Assembly (NCBI GenBank): GCA_049719805.1 | Contig: JBNARF010000001.1 | Location: 318,341-382,340, forward strand | Direction: 5' to 3' | Length of the DNA stretch: 64,000 nt | From: Candidatus Hydrothermia bacterium | GTDB lineage: Bacteria > Hydrothermota > Hydrothermia > UBA1063 | Shown here: in pieces, positions 41,301-51,660 of the stretch | Layout: the number at the start of each line of letters is the position of its first letter | Numbering within the stretch: position 1 is the first letter of the stretch | Position numbers and translations under genes: made by a program | Notes under the pieces: generated by a model | Databases searched by the model: none | What the model was told of the DNA's origin: nothing | What the model saw: the letters and a program-made list of their open reading frames with translations, nothing else

Positions 41301-41327
41301 AAAATACCTCCTTTAATTTAAAAGAGT

Positions 41328-43256
41328 TTATACCCTTTTACCCAGAAATTCAAGGATCGCATTAGCTATATTATGTGGGGCAAGGCCGTGAATTTTATAC
41401 AAATCTTCAGCTTTGCCGGACATAGAATAGTTAGTGAGTCCAAATTTCACAATTTCCACATTAACCCTCTTTGAAACGTAAAAGTCTGATAGGATATTGC
41501 CCAGGCCGGTATGCACATTGTGATCTTCATAAACAAAGATTGGGTTTTTAATAATCTCGTTGCTCAGAAGTTTAGTTTCGTCGAGTTTGAAAGGAGTAGA
41601 AACATTAACAACATTTATTTTTACGCCGGCTTCTTCAAGGATATCGTAAACCTCGATGCCTTTATGTGCTGTGGGTCCATAAACAATCAAGGTTGCTCGA
41701 TCCCCTCGACGCAGAATATCAGCTTTGCCATATTCATAGGCATATTTCTCACTAAAGAATGGATTACCTTTTTCATCGGGAATAACTGGCCAGTTGGATC
41801 GTCCTACTGCGATTGCATAGTTACCAAATTCTTTCATAATATAGTTAAAAGCTTTTTTGGCCTGGTTACCGTCTGCAGGAATAATAAGTTTAAACCCGAA
41901 CAGATTTCTTAAAAGTCCAATGTAGTCAATGCAGTGGTGAGTCTTTCCATCTTCTCCAACATCAATTCCAATGTGAGATAAGACTAATTTTAGATTAGTA
42001 TGGTTGATGTCATTAAGCCTGTGTTGGTTATAGGTTTCATCGATACCAAAAACTCCAAAATCACCAAAAACAGCAATCACACCTTGGGTACTGATAGCAC
42101 CGGAAACTGTTGCTGTTGAATGTTCCTGAACCCCATGTTCAAAGAAATAATCGGGAAAGGCTCTTTGAAATTCAGTAAACCTGAGAGATTCTGCGAGGTC
42201 GCAATCAAATACTGCTATGGGTGTGGAACCTGAAGAGAGTAAATTATATTTACCCCACTCATAAAGTTGAGAACCTACGGCCACTCTCGTGGCAACTTTT
42301 TCAGAAGCGGAATAAATCTTAACATCTGGTTCATTTACCTTTAGGTCATAGAATAATTTTCTATTAAAGACTGGGAATTTCTTTTCCTGTCTCTTCTTCT
42401 CGTAATATTCGAGGTCGTCGGGAATTCCGAGCTCAGTTATAGCCCTCTTGTATTCTTCTTTACTTAATGGTTTACCGTGATAAACTTCGGCATTCTCCAT
42501 GAAGGAGACCCCTTTACCCATAATTGTGTGCGCAATTATGCAATAGGGGGAAGATTCATCCAGTAGGCTTTCCCTTATCGCTCTGTATAATGCCTGGTAA
42601 TCATGTCCATCAACTTCTATAACTTTCCATCCATCAGCTAAATAGTTATCCTTTATATTAACGGGCATCACATCATAGGTGTTTCCAGAGATTTGTTTTT
42701 TATTATAATCTATAATTACGGTGATGTTATTCAAGTTATATTTCTTCGCAATTCTTCTGGATTCAGCAACTTGCCCTTTTGCCTGTTCTGCGTCACTCAT
42801 AAGAACAAAAACATGGAAATTCTTCCTGGTGATTTTAGAAGCCATTGCAAAACCCACACCAGCCGAAAGGCCCTGTCCAAGATTTCCAGTGGTCCACTCT
42901 ACCCCAGGAACTTCCCTCTCAATGTGCCCTTCAAAGGGAGAACCAGCCATCCTGAAATAGGCTATAGCATCATCAATCTCAAAGAAGCCTAAACGCCCCA
43001 GTACAGCGTATACTCCGGGTGATGTATGTCCGTGAGAAACCACGATGCGGTCTCTGAGTTCCCAATCTGGGTTTTTGGGGTCAACGTTTGCGTATTTCCA
43101 AACTACGAGGTAAATGTCACAGGATGACATTGATCCTCCGGGATGTCCAGATTGGGCAAGAGTTGTCATTTTGATTATGTCCCCACGTACTACTCTTCCC
43201 AGCTCCTTTAATTCTTGAAGTTCGCTTTCGGATAAAAAAGATTTATTAAAACCCAT
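41328..43256 (-). CDS. tkt: Transketolase
   Basis: SGHPGGS, DRIVVSHGH, GNLGQGLS, HTIMGKG and GEDGKTH motifs. Confidence 0.93.
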   Translation of the reverse strand: MGFNKSFLSESELQELKELGRVVRGDIIKMTTLAQSGHPGGSMSSCDIYLVVWKYANVDPKNPDWELRDRIVVSHGHTSPGVYAVLGRLGFFEIDDAIAYFRMAGSPFEGHIEREVPGVEWTTGNLGQGLSAGVGFAMASKITRKNFHVFVLMSDAEQAKGQVAESRRIAKKYNLNNITVIIDYNKKQISGNTYDVMPVNIKDNYLADGWKVIEVDGHDYQALYRAIRESLLDESSPYCIIAHTIMGKGVSFMENAEVYHGKPLSKEEYKRAITELGIPDDLEYYEKKRQEKKFPVFNRKLFYDLKVNEPDVKIYSASEKVATRVAVGSQLYEWGKYNLLSSGSTPIAVFDCDLAESLRFTEFQRAFPDYFFEHGVQEHSTATVSGAISTQGVIAVFGDFGVFGIDETYNQHRLNDINHTNLKLVLSHIGIDVGEDGKTHHCIDYIGLLRNLFGFKLIIPADGNQAKKAFNYIMKEFGNYAIAVGRSNWPVIPDEKGNPFFSEKYAYEYGKADILRRGDRATLIVYGPTAHKGIEVYDILEEAGVKINVVNVSTPFKLDETKLLSNEIIKNPIFVYEDHNVHTGLGNILSDFYVSKRVNVEIVKFGLTNYSMSGKAEDLYKIHGLAPHNIANAILEFLGKRV

Positions 43257-43389
43257 ATCAAACCCCTTTGTTTTAATTATAAACTCTGGGCTTCAGAAAA
43301 AAAAGCATTTTTAGAAGTTTCCACACTTTTAAACTATACGTAAAAAAGTCAACTTGAGCTCCATGAGTTCACATCACAAGTTACGTTAC

Positions 43390-43420
43390 TTGACTAAGCT
43401 AGCCCTTGGCTTTATATGTT
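43390..43420 (+). promoter_or_regulatory. Probable promoter of the DUF948-ytxH-gap-pgk operon
   Basis: TTGACT, then TATATG (17-nt spacer) or TATGTT (19-nt spacer); 5-7 nt to an SD-less ATG. Confidence 0.45.
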
Positions 43421-43425
43421 AAAGT

Positions 43426-43740
43426 ATGAAAGAAATTATCTATATTTTGGTTGTGATAGCCCTTTGCATGCTAATAGCCTTGCAGGTATATTTATTTATA
43501 ATTCTTGCAAGGCTAAACGAATCTTTAAGGAAAATAAACACACTTGTGGACTCGATAAACGCTCAAATCCCTGAAATTTTCGAAAATTTAAAGACCATTA
43601 CCACCAGAGCAAAGCTTATGAGCAATGACTTAGAAAAGGGGGTAAAGCAAATTTCAAAAATCATGTCAATTTTTGTTCCCGTAACGTCTCTTTTTAAAAT
43701 GGCCTTAAATGTTTTTAAAAGAACTAAAGAGGAGGATTAA
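43426..43740 (+). CDS. DUF948 (YoxC/YtxG-like) membrane-anchored coiled-coil protein
   Basis: N-terminal TM plus heptad-like region; paired with a YtxH-like gene. Confidence 0.65.
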   Translation: MKEIIYILVVIALCMLIALQVYLFIILARLNESLRKINTLVDSINAQIPEIFENLKTITTRAKLMSNDLEKGVKQISKIMSIFVPVTSLFKMALNVFKRTKEED

Positions 43741-43741
43741 T

Positions 43742-43927
43742 ATGTGCGAAGAAAAAGAAAAGTCGCTCATTCCCTTTATTGGGGGCATGATTCTGGGGGT
43801 TGTTCTGGGGGTTTTATTAACTCCAAGATCTGGTAAGGAAAATAGAGAACTCATAAGCACATATGCGAAAGAACTCATAGAAAAAATAAAGTCTAAAATA
43901 GAGGAAAAGAAAGACATTAATCCTTAA
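43742..43927 (+). CDS. YtxH-domain protein
   Basis: FIGGMILGVVLGVLLTPRSGKENR motif; SD GGAGG before the ATG at 43742. Confidence 0.85.
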   Translation: MCEEKEKSLIPFIGGMILGVVLGVLLTPRSGKENRELISTYAKELIEKIKSKIEEKKDINP

Positions 43928-43949
43928 AAGCAAAAAGGGGGTTAAGTAA

Positions 43950-44945
43950 ATGGCGGTAAGAGTTGCTATTAATGGTTTTGGACGAATAGGAAGGCAAGTT
44001 CTTAAAATTGGACTTGAAAGAAAAAATCTCGAATTTGTTGCCGTAAACGACCTTGCCGAACCGGACATCCTTGCCACTCTTCTGAAGTATGACTCGGTTT
44101 TTGGTAAATACCCAAAAGAAGTAAAAGTGGAAGGTGACTATATTATTATTGACGGTTCCAAAATCAAAGTTTTCAAAGAAAAAGATCCCGCTAATATTCC
44201 CTGGGGTGAACTCGGAGTACAGATTGTTGTTGAATCAACGGGATTATTCACAAGTAAAGATAAAGCAGCAGTCCATTTAAAAGACAGTGTTAAAAAAGTC
44301 ATAATTTCTGCCCCGGCAAAGGGAGAAATAGATGCCACTATCGTAATGGGTGTTAATGAGCACATTTATGACCCTGATAAACATCACATCATTTCCAATG
44401 CCTCTTGTACAACGAATGCTTTTGCTCATCTTGTTAAAGTTCTTCACGAAAATTTTAGGATAAAAAGAGGTGTGATGACCACTGTTCATGCTTATACTAA
44501 TGACCAGAGAATTCTGGATCAGCCCCACAAAGACGTTAGAAGGGCGAGAGCTGCTGGCCTTTCCATTATCCCCACCTCTACGGGCGCAGCCAAAACTATT
44601 TTCGAAATATACCCAGAGCTTAAAGGGAAAATACAAGCCCATGCTCTAAGAGTCCCAGTTGCTGATGTATCCATTGTGGACTTCGCTTGCGAGGTTGAAA
44701 AACCAACAAACCCTGACGAAATAAATCAGGCCTTTAAAAATGCAAATTCAAAATACCTGTTATACTGTGAAGAGCCTCTTGTTTCAATAGATTTTGTCGG
44801 TGACACTCATTCAGTTATTTTTGACGCTACTCTAACCCAGGTTGTGGGTGACACCCTCGTAAAAGTCTTTGGCTGGTATGATAACGAATGGGGCTATTCA
44901 ACCAGGCTAGTTGATTTAATTGAATACATAGCTGAAAGACTATGA
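43950..44945 (+). CDS. gap: Type I glyceraldehyde-3-phosphate dehydrogenase
   Basis: INGFGRIGR, SNASCTTN and WYDNEWGYS motifs. Confidence 0.98.
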   Translation: MAVRVAINGFGRIGRQVLKIGLERKNLEFVAVNDLAEPDILATLLKYDSVFGKYPKEVKVEGDYIIIDGSKIKVFKEKDPANIPWGELGVQIVVESTGLFTSKDKAAVHLKDSVKKVIISAPAKGEIDATIVMGVNEHIYDPDKHHIISNASCTTNAFAHLVKVLHENFRIKRGVMTTVHAYTNDQRILDQPHKDVRRARAAGLSIIPTSTGAAKTIFEIYPELKGKIQAHALRVPVADVSIVDFACEVEKPTNPDEINQAFKNANSKYLLYCEEPLVSIDFVGDTHSVIFDATLTQVVGDTLVKVFGWYDNEWGYSTRLVDLIEYIAERL

Positions 44946-46138
44946 GCCTTACAAAATTAACAATTTTGGACTTACCGGATTCTGCATTTAAGGGGAAAAG
45001 AGTATTTGTTCGAGTTGACTTTAACGTTCCTGTGAAGGACGGTCAAGTTGAGGATGACACAAGGATTAGAAAGACCATCCCGACTATCACCTATCTTATA
45101 GACAGAGATGCAAGGGTTATTCTTGCTTCACATCTTGGGAGGCCGAAAGGCGGGAAAGATCCGAAATACTCGTTGAAACCGGTAGCAGAAAGACTTTCGT
45201 ATATTCTAAAAAGAGAAGTTAAATTTATTGATGACTGTGTGGGAGATAAAGTAGAGAAAGAAGTTGAAGCTTTAAAAGACGGAGAGATTCTTTTACTTGA
45301 GAACCTCAGATTTTACGAGCAGGAAGAAAAAAATGACAGAGAATTTTCAAAAGCTTTAGCTAAGCTGTGTGATATATATGTAAATGATGCTTTTGCAACG
45401 GCCCATAGAGCTCACGCCTCAACTTATGGCATAACTGAATTCGTTCCTGTCAAAGTTGCAGGAATTTTAATGAAAAGAGAAATTGAGGCTCTCACAACCG
45501 TTAGGGACAATCCCAAACCACCTTTCGTTGTAATTCTTGGTGGTGCAAAAGTTAAAGACAAAATCGGAATAATTGAATACCTTCTCCCTAAGGCCGATTT
45601 CATGCTAATCGGGGGTGGTATGGCGTATACTTTCCTGCATGCCATGGGAGTGAAGGTAGGAAAATCACTTTTAGAAACTGAGTACGTGGAGAGGGTTAAA
45701 AACTACATAGAGACAGGTAAAATAATACTACCCGAGGATCATGTTGTAGCTTCAGAAATAAGCGAAAATGCAACCTACAAAGCTGTTCGGGAGATTCCTG
45801 ATGACATGATGGGGGTTGACATAGGACCTATAACTGTTAGTAGATATGCCAATCTCATTCCTAATAATGGTACTTTATTCTGGAATGGACCTTTAGGTGT
45901 CATTGAAATCGAGGATTTCGCTAAAGGCAGTATTGAAATATGCAAAGCTGTAGCTTATAAAACTTCCGAGGGGTTATTTTCTGTTCTTGGAGGGGGAGAT
46001 ACTCTAACTATCCTGGAAAAGGCGAAGATCGACGAAGAAAAGTTCAGTCACGTTTCTTCTGGTGGAGGGGCAACTCTTGAATTTCTTGCTGGTATAGATT
46101 TACCCGGAATTAAAGCGCTGGACGAAAGAAAAGAATAA
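44942..46138 (+). CDS. pgk: Phosphoglycerate kinase
   Basis: RVDFNVP, SHLGRP, NDAFATAHRAHAS, GGAKV, WNGPLG and HVSSGGGA motifs. Confidence 0.98.
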   Translation: MSLTKLTILDLPDSAFKGKRVFVRVDFNVPVKDGQVEDDTRIRKTIPTITYLIDRDARVILASHLGRPKGGKDPKYSLKPVAERLSYILKREVKFIDDCVGDKVEKEVEALKDGEILLLENLRFYEQEEKNDREFSKALAKLCDIYVNDAFATAHRAHASTYGITEFVPVKVAGILMKREIEALTTVRDNPKPPFVVILGGAKVKDKIGIIEYLLPKADFMLIGGGMAYTFLHAMGVKVGKSLLETEYVERVKNYIETGKIILPEDHVVASEISENATYKAVREIPDDMMGVDIGPITVSRYANLIPNNGTLFWNGPLGVIEIEDFAKGSIEICKAVAYKTSEGLFSVLGGGDTLTILEKAKIDEEKFSHVSSGGGATLEFLAGIDLPGIKALDERKE

Positions 46139-46247
46139 AAGAGGAGAAATTTTAAAAGCTCTGAATTGAACTTAAAGAAGTTTCAGTATGTGATTTTATC
46201 TTAAGTAGCGTCGTTTAAAAGAATGTTCCAAAAGTAGTTTTTAAATT

Positions 46248-47039
46248 ATGTTAATAGAAACGTATCCCTCTTTTCGCAAAATTTGGGATGGTAGCGTCGA
46301 AAGTTGGTTGGAATACATTAACGAATACCCTGAACTTTTTGAAAAGATAGTAAGGGACTTTGAAAGAAACAAATTAGACTTCCGTAAATATACAGGAGTT
46401 CTTTTAAAAAGAAATGCAACCGAGCTCGAACTTGCTTATAATTCGCTTCTGAATACTTTCCCAAAGGTTGAACGAAAAATACAACAGTATTTTGAGATCA
46501 ATAATTATAACATAGTCATTTATGTAGGTCTTGAGAACGGAGCCGGTTGGGTAACGGAATTTATGGGAAAGCCTTCCTTACTGTTCGGATTAGAGGCAAT
46601 ATCAGAGCTAAGGTGGTATGAAAAACTTCAGGGATTAATTGCCCATGAGTTTGGTCATTTAGTCCACTGGCACTTAAGGGGAGAGAATATAGAGAAATTT
46701 GAAAATGAACCTATTTTTTGTTTATACGTGGAGGGATTTGCTCAGCGTATTGAAGACTTAATTATGGGAAGGCCGTGGCATGTTGAGGAAGAAGGATGGT
46801 TTAATTGGTGTGAGGAGAACGAAGCAATCCTTAAGAGAGAGTTTTTAAGAAGGATAAAAGAACGAGAAGCTTTAAATCCTTTTTTTGGTTACTGGTATGA
46901 GCTTTTTGGGAAACGCTTTACAGGATATTATCTTGGATATAAGTTCATCTTATGGTTAGAAGAGCAACATACTTTAGAAGAGATAGCAAAACTAAGGGAA
47001 GAAGATATTAAAAGGAAAATCTACAACTTTGTAATTTAA
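46248..47039 (+). CDS. Hypothetical zincin-like protein (DUF2268-like putative metallopeptidase)
   Basis: HEXXH (AHEFGHLVH), downstream EGFA third-ligand motif and GYYLGY. Confidence 0.6.
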   Translation: MLIETYPSFRKIWDGSVESWLEYINEYPELFEKIVRDFERNKLDFRKYTGVLLKRNATELELAYNSLLNTFPKVERKIQQYFEINNYNIVIYVGLENGAGWVTEFMGKPSLLFGLEAISELRWYEKLQGLIAHEFGHLVHWHLRGENIEKFENEPIFCLYVEGFAQRIEDLIMGRPWHVEEEGWFNWCEENEAILKREFLRRIKEREALNPFFGYWYELFGKRFTGYYLGYKFILWLEEQHTLEEIAKLREEDIKRKIYNFVI

Positions 47040-47626
47040 AAATCTACTCCTAACTTTATCGTAGAACCTGACTTTGCCCACTTGAAAAGGTAAGAAAAAT
47101 TAATGAGCAAACGTTTTATCCTTTCTCAGTCTCCGGGAACTTATAATATTACTTTCAAAATTTTTGCACTTAATCCTCCGTTTATAGTTCAGCTACGAGT
47201 TTTACAATACACTCCTAATTCTCTTGGATTCGACTAAAAACATTTTTGAGTAAAAAAATTGAGATTTTTAAAATCAACTTTAAATATAATAGGTGTAGGT
47301 AGTGTATAATGGAAAAGTTGGTATTGAAAAATCCACCGGGAAGGACCGGGCATGGAATTTGAATTGTACACAAGAACAACAAAGCCTAAGAAATACCAAA
47401 ATGCATTTAAAACATCTATTTGTGATGGGGTTATAAAAATTCTAAGTACAGGAAATGACTAAAAATTTTCGTTCACTCACCTCCCAAAAAAGTATGAACA
47501 TAAGCTTTTATAATCAAGTTTAGTTATTGTATCGTCTTCTAGAATAAAGTTCAAAGGCTGAGCCGTCTTATAATAATGAATCTTTGGAGCAAGATCATAA
47601 AACACGATATATGAAATAAACATCTT

Positions 47627-48511
47627 TTATTGATTTAACTCACTTAAAACGTTTATTATCCTTTCTCCAAACTTTTCTCTTAGCCGTTTCAAAGCGCGAT
47701 CTCTTAGTTGAGATACCCTTTGCTTGGTGATTCCCATCCTATTTCCTATTTCTTCAAGAGTGTACTTTTTACCATCTTCAAAGCCAAAGTTAAGCCTTAA
47801 GATTTCTGCCTCTTTTTTACTCAGATATGAAAATATCTCCTTGATAAGCTGTGAAGCTTTTATCTGTGCATAGTACGTTTGAGGAGATGGCAATGCTCGT
47901 TGATCTATAACGTCCAGGAAAAACTCCTTACTTTCATCCTCACTTTCGTCTCTTTCTATATTTTTTTGCGTTAAGACTATGGATCTTAAAGCTCTTACTT
48001 CATGGGGCGATAAGCCTGTTAGATTCGCAATATCTTCGTCGGTAGGATTTTTTCCATGCCTAGCCAGGTATTCCTTCTCAGCTCTTTTTATGAGTCTTAT
48101 TTTTTTTAGAACGGTGTCAGGAAATCTAATTTCGCCCAGGTAATTTTTGAGAAACTTTATCATGTATTCCCTAATCCAGTACCAGGCATATGAAGAGAAC
48201 TTTGCGGCCTTCGAAAAATCAAATTTTTTTATAGCTACCATTACTCCTCTATTTCCTTCATTAACTAAATCCGGTATTATGTCAGGACTTAGTTGAAAGA
48301 GATGTGCAAAATATTTAGCTCTTTCATAAACCTGGGGAAGCATTAGAACGATGATTTTTTCTATTGATTCTTTATCACCTTCTTTGGCTTTCTCGAGAAT
48401 TTTCCGTTCCTCTTCGGGTGTCAGGATTAAAGGTTTTCTCCTTAGCTCGTCTATTAGCTGGGATAGGTGCTCAAAAGAGCTATCACTGTATTTCTGCGAC
48501 CTTTCATTCAT
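47627..48511 (-). CDS. Alternative sigma70-family RNA polymerase sigma factor (lacks region 1.1)
   Basis: Region 2 DLVNEGNRG...KFD...KFSSYAWYWIR; region 4 TLEEIG...TKQRVSQLRDRALKRLR. Confidence 0.9.
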   Translation of the reverse strand: MNERSQKYSDSSFEHLSQLIDELRRKPLILTPEEERKILEKAKEGDKESIEKIIVLMLPQVYERAKYFAHLFQLSPDIIPDLVNEGNRGVMVAIKKFDFSKAAKFSSYAWYWIREYMIKFLKNYLGEIRFPDTVLKKIRLIKRAEKEYLARHGKNPTDEDIANLTGLSPHEVRALRSIVLTQKNIERDESEDESKEFFLDVIDQRALPSPQTYYAQIKASQLIKEIFSYLSKKEAEILRLNFGFEDGKKYTLEEIGNRMGITKQRVSQLRDRALKRLREKFGERIINVLSELNQ

Positions 48512-48536
48512 TCAAATTCCCTAAGTGTTGAGTTTC

Positions 48537-50363
48537 TTATTTCAGTAATCGTTCGTAAATATCAAGAGGGTAAACGTCCAGAGCCCTTACCCAAGCAGAG
48601 AGCTTTTCCACTCTTTGCTTAGGATCGGTAGGAATATTAAGGGGTCTTCCACGACAATCTACTATCACGCCCACAACACCACCTTCTACCTGAGTTTCAA
48701 CTTTTTTACCCTTACCTGCCCCAACGTCAAAGTTCTTGGACGGTTCAATTATTGCCTTCGCCTTTTCCCCAACTCCAAGAGGAATTTTAGCCAATTCGCC
48801 AAATGCAAATTTCCTCTCAATTCGGGTTCCGTCTTCCTTTATTAAAATGAGATTAATACATTCTTTCCCTTCCTTGTCAAGCCCCACAGGACATATGGAG
48901 GAGCCCAACCTTATCAAGCAATCCCTATCAAAGACTTCGGTAGCGGCTTGTTCATGAACTTCGGATAGGACTCCAAGGTGAGGCATCATGAAAATAGAGT
49001 CAACCGCCAGCATAGTTACACCCTCTGGTTGAAACGCATCCAACATCATTAAAGCTGACTGGACTCTCCGTGGAGCATGGGAAAGCACTCCACCTGACCC
49101 TATTATAAGAGCAAGAGACATCATATTTACGAGAGTTGCACCAGAGAGGGTTTGTGCGAATGCTTCGGATATCGTCCTCTCCTGCTGTACCCCTTTTAAC
49201 CCCACAGCCATGGTTTTGTGATGTTCAAAGGCCAACCTCAAAGCCTCTCGAGCAATAGCCTGTTCAATAATAAGCTCTTCAAGGGTTTGAGGAATGGTTG
49301 TGGGTCTTATCATTTTATTTCGTATTCTGTTCTTAAGTTCATATTCATCAATAGAAAATGGTACCCAACGCAATATATTCTCAACGCCCGCAGAAACTAG
49401 AACGTTAGAAATGGAATAGCTCATACCAAGATTTGCTGATACAGTCCTGTTAAATATACCGCCGAAAACTGAAAATACGTCAGTGGTTGCCCCGCCAATA
49501 TCTACTCCAAGAACATCAATATTCTCTTTTCTCGCAACCTTTTCTACAAGTAGGCCCACTGCACCGGGAGTAGGCATAATTGGGTGATCGGTCCACTCCA
49601 TTAATTTTTTGTAACCGGGAGCGTGTTGCATAACATGTTCCATGAAAAGGTCGTGAATTTTGTGCCTTGCAGGGCCAAGGTTTTCCCTTTCGAGAACAGG
49701 TCTGATGTTATCAACAATAAAGAGTGCTACTTTGTCTCCAAGAATTTTCTGGATTTCCTCCCTCGCATCCTTGTTTCCGGCGTATATAACCGGTAGTTTG
49801 TATCCTGTACCAAATCTTGGTTTTGGATCTGCAGCCCTTATGAGCTCAGCAAGTTCTACGACATGCTTAATTGTTCCGCCATCAACCCCACCTGCGAGAA
49901 GAATCATATCCGGTCTCAATCTTCTGATCAACTCTACTCTTTCATGGGGCATTCTACCATCGTTTGATGCAATTACTTCCATGACTATTGCACCAGCACC
50001 AAGGGCAGCCCTGGCTGCACTTTCCGCTGTCATTGATTTCACAACGCCACAAACCAGCATCTGAAGTCCACCACCTGCAGACGAGGTTGAAACGTATATG
50101 TCTACGCCAGTTTTTTCGTCCTGTTTTGGTTTAATTATGGTTTCGCCATCAAGAATCTTGATTTCAGTTAATTCCTCGACCTCTCTAAAAGCATTGAGAA
50201 CACCTCTTGTTACATCCTCAAATGGGGCTTCTACTGTGGTGGGAGCTTCGCCCCTTGTAACTAATCTATAACCTTCACCTCTTTTCTCAATCAAGATTGC
50301 CTTCGTAGTGGTACTTCCACAGTCGGTTGCAATGACCCTCTCAAGATCCTTTTTTTCTGCCAT
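48537..50363 (-). CDS. GlmL/MutL (glutamate mutase L)-like ASKHA-family ATPase
   Basis: TDCGSTTTKA, SSAGGGL, LAGGVDGG, MPTPGAV, VDIGGATTDVFS and IGSGGVL motifs. Confidence 0.87.
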   Translation of the reverse strand: MAEKKDLERVIATDCGSTTTKAILIEKRGEGYRLVTRGEAPTTVEAPFEDVTRGVLNAFREVEELTEIKILDGETIIKPKQDEKTGVDIYVSTSSAGGGLQMLVCGVVKSMTAESAARAALGAGAIVMEVIASNDGRMPHERVELIRRLRPDMILLAGGVDGGTIKHVVELAELIRAADPKPRFGTGYKLPVIYAGNKDAREEIQKILGDKVALFIVDNIRPVLERENLGPARHKIHDLFMEHVMQHAPGYKKLMEWTDHPIMPTPGAVGLLVEKVARKENIDVLGVDIGGATTDVFSVFGGIFNRTVSANLGMSYSISNVLVSAGVENILRWVPFSIDEYELKNRIRNKMIRPTTIPQTLEELIIEQAIAREALRLAFEHHKTMAVGLKGVQQERTISEAFAQTLSGATLVNMMSLALIIGSGGVLSHAPRRVQSALMMLDAFQPEGVTMLAVDSIFMMPHLGVLSEVHEQAATEVFDRDCLIRLGSSICPVGLDKEGKECINLILIKEDGTRIERKFAFGELAKIPLGVGEKAKAIIEPSKNFDVGAGKGKKVETQVEGGVVGVIVDCRGRPLNIPTDPKQRVEKLSAWVRALDVYPLDIYERLLK

Positions 50364-50406
50364 CTTACCCTCCTGATATCATTTCTGCAAAGCAATTTAA
50401 ATAATT

Positions 50407-51660
50407 TTAACGAAAAAGCCTCAAAATATCAAAGAACACTATAACAACCATAAGAACAAGGAGCAGAATGAAACCTGCAAATTGTATGACTCTCTTTATG
50501 TTTTCTGGAAGCTCTCTTTTCGTAATACCCTCTACCAGATATACTAAGAAATGCCATCCATCGAGGGCGGGTATGGGCAGGAGATTAACAATACACAGGT
50601 TAATGGATATCAACCCTAAAAGGTAAAGAAGCTGAAAGGCTCCATAGCTGGTAGCGGTGTAAATTACCTTCCCTATCATAATAGGACCACCAATATTTGA
50701 GAGAGGCACTTTACCGCGGAATAGTTTAATTATATAAATTATGAAAATAAAAGTTATTTGTAAACTTCTGGAGACAGAGGTTACAAGTGCATCCAGAAAT
50801 CCGAGTCTTTTCCTTACTGATAATGCTGTAATTCCAATTCTCCCGAATTTTTCACCACTTGCCCCCTGTTCCAGCATTACTTTTAAAGACAAATTCAATG
50901 TATCTCTACCCCTCAGAACAGTAAGAGATATTTCTTTCCCGGGGTTTTCCCTTACTATATTGGTAAGTTCCTTCCATGTGTTTATCGTAATATTATTTAT
51001 CCTAAGGATAACATCTCCAGGTTTTAGACCCGCTTTTTGTGCTGGACTCCCTTTCTCAACTTTATTAACAATCGGGGGTATGAAGAACTCAATCCCTAAG
51101 GAATCAAAGTTGTTTCCGTGTATTACAAAATTTAACTCTTTTCCATCTCTTACAACACTTATTTGATGGATAGTGTCTTTAGAGAAGAAGTAATAAATGT
51201 CTTCAATGGTTTCAACTTTCTTTCCATCCACGGAGACAATGCTGTCTCCAGGAACTAACGGGGTGAATTTAGACTGAACTTCATATATGCGGGAATTAGG
51301 TAATGTATCATATCCAATAATTGAGTAGCCCAGAAGGAAGGCAAAAACAGCCAGTAATAAATTTGAAAAAGGACCTGCAAGTACAACGAAAATTTTCTTA
51401 TAAAAGGGCTGCGACCAAAAATCACCAGAGGATGCAGACTCTTTCTTCTCTTCGCCCTGCATTTTTACAAAACCACCGAAAGGGACGAGAGATAAGGAAT
51501 ATTTTGTACCGCTCCTATCTTTGTAAGTAAAAATTCGAGGGCCAAAGCCTATAGAAAATTCTTCAACGCCTATTCCAGAAATCTTACATGCGAAAAAATG
51601 TCCAAGTTCGTGAACTGTAATGAGAATACCAAGGAAAATAACAATTAGAATAAAAGTCAC
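50407..51660 (-). CDS. rseP: Intramembrane zinc metalloprotease RseP (M50) with two PDZ domains
   Basis: HELGHF, FSIGFGP, AGP..N, two PDZ regions and NLLPIPALDG; GTG start with SD. Confidence 0.95.
   Translation of the reverse strand: MTFILIVIFLGILITVHELGHFFACKISGIGVEEFSIGFGPRIFTYKDRSGTKYSLSLVPFGGFVKMQGEEKKESASSGDFWSQPFYKKIFVVLAGPFSNLLLAVFAFLLGYSIIGYDTLPNSRIYEVQSKFTPLVPGDSIVSVDGKKVETIEDIYYFFSKDTIHQISVVRDGKELNFVIHGNNFDSLGIEFFIPPIVNKVEKGSPAQKAGLKPGDVILRINNITINTWKELTNIVRENPGKEISLTVLRGRDTLNLSLKVMLEQGASGEKFGRIGITALSVRKRLGFLDALVTSVSRSLQITFIFIIYIIKLFRGKVPLSNIGGPIMIGKVIYTATSYGAFQLLYLLGLISINLCIVNLLPIPALDGWHFLVYLVEGITKRELPENIKRVIQFAGFILLLVLMVVIVFFDILRLFR

Noticed and set aside
43351-43382. Imperfect inverted repeat AACTTG...CAAGTT with a TCACA half-site upstream of the gap operon (CRP or Rex box)
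   Set aside because: Spacing and left half-site do not fit TGTGA-N6-TCACA or TTGTGAA-N4-TTCACAA
46229-46256. TTATGTTAATA resembling a XerD arm at the start of the zincin gene (possible second dif or IMEX attachment site)
   Set aside because: No XerC-like left arm; similar AT-rich strings occur by chance elsewhere, e.g. near 5814 inside the EAL gene
48537-50363. Second mismatch-repair mutL
   Set aside because: Name clash only: this is the ASKHA-fold glutamate mutase L family; the real repair MutL is at 38431-40107
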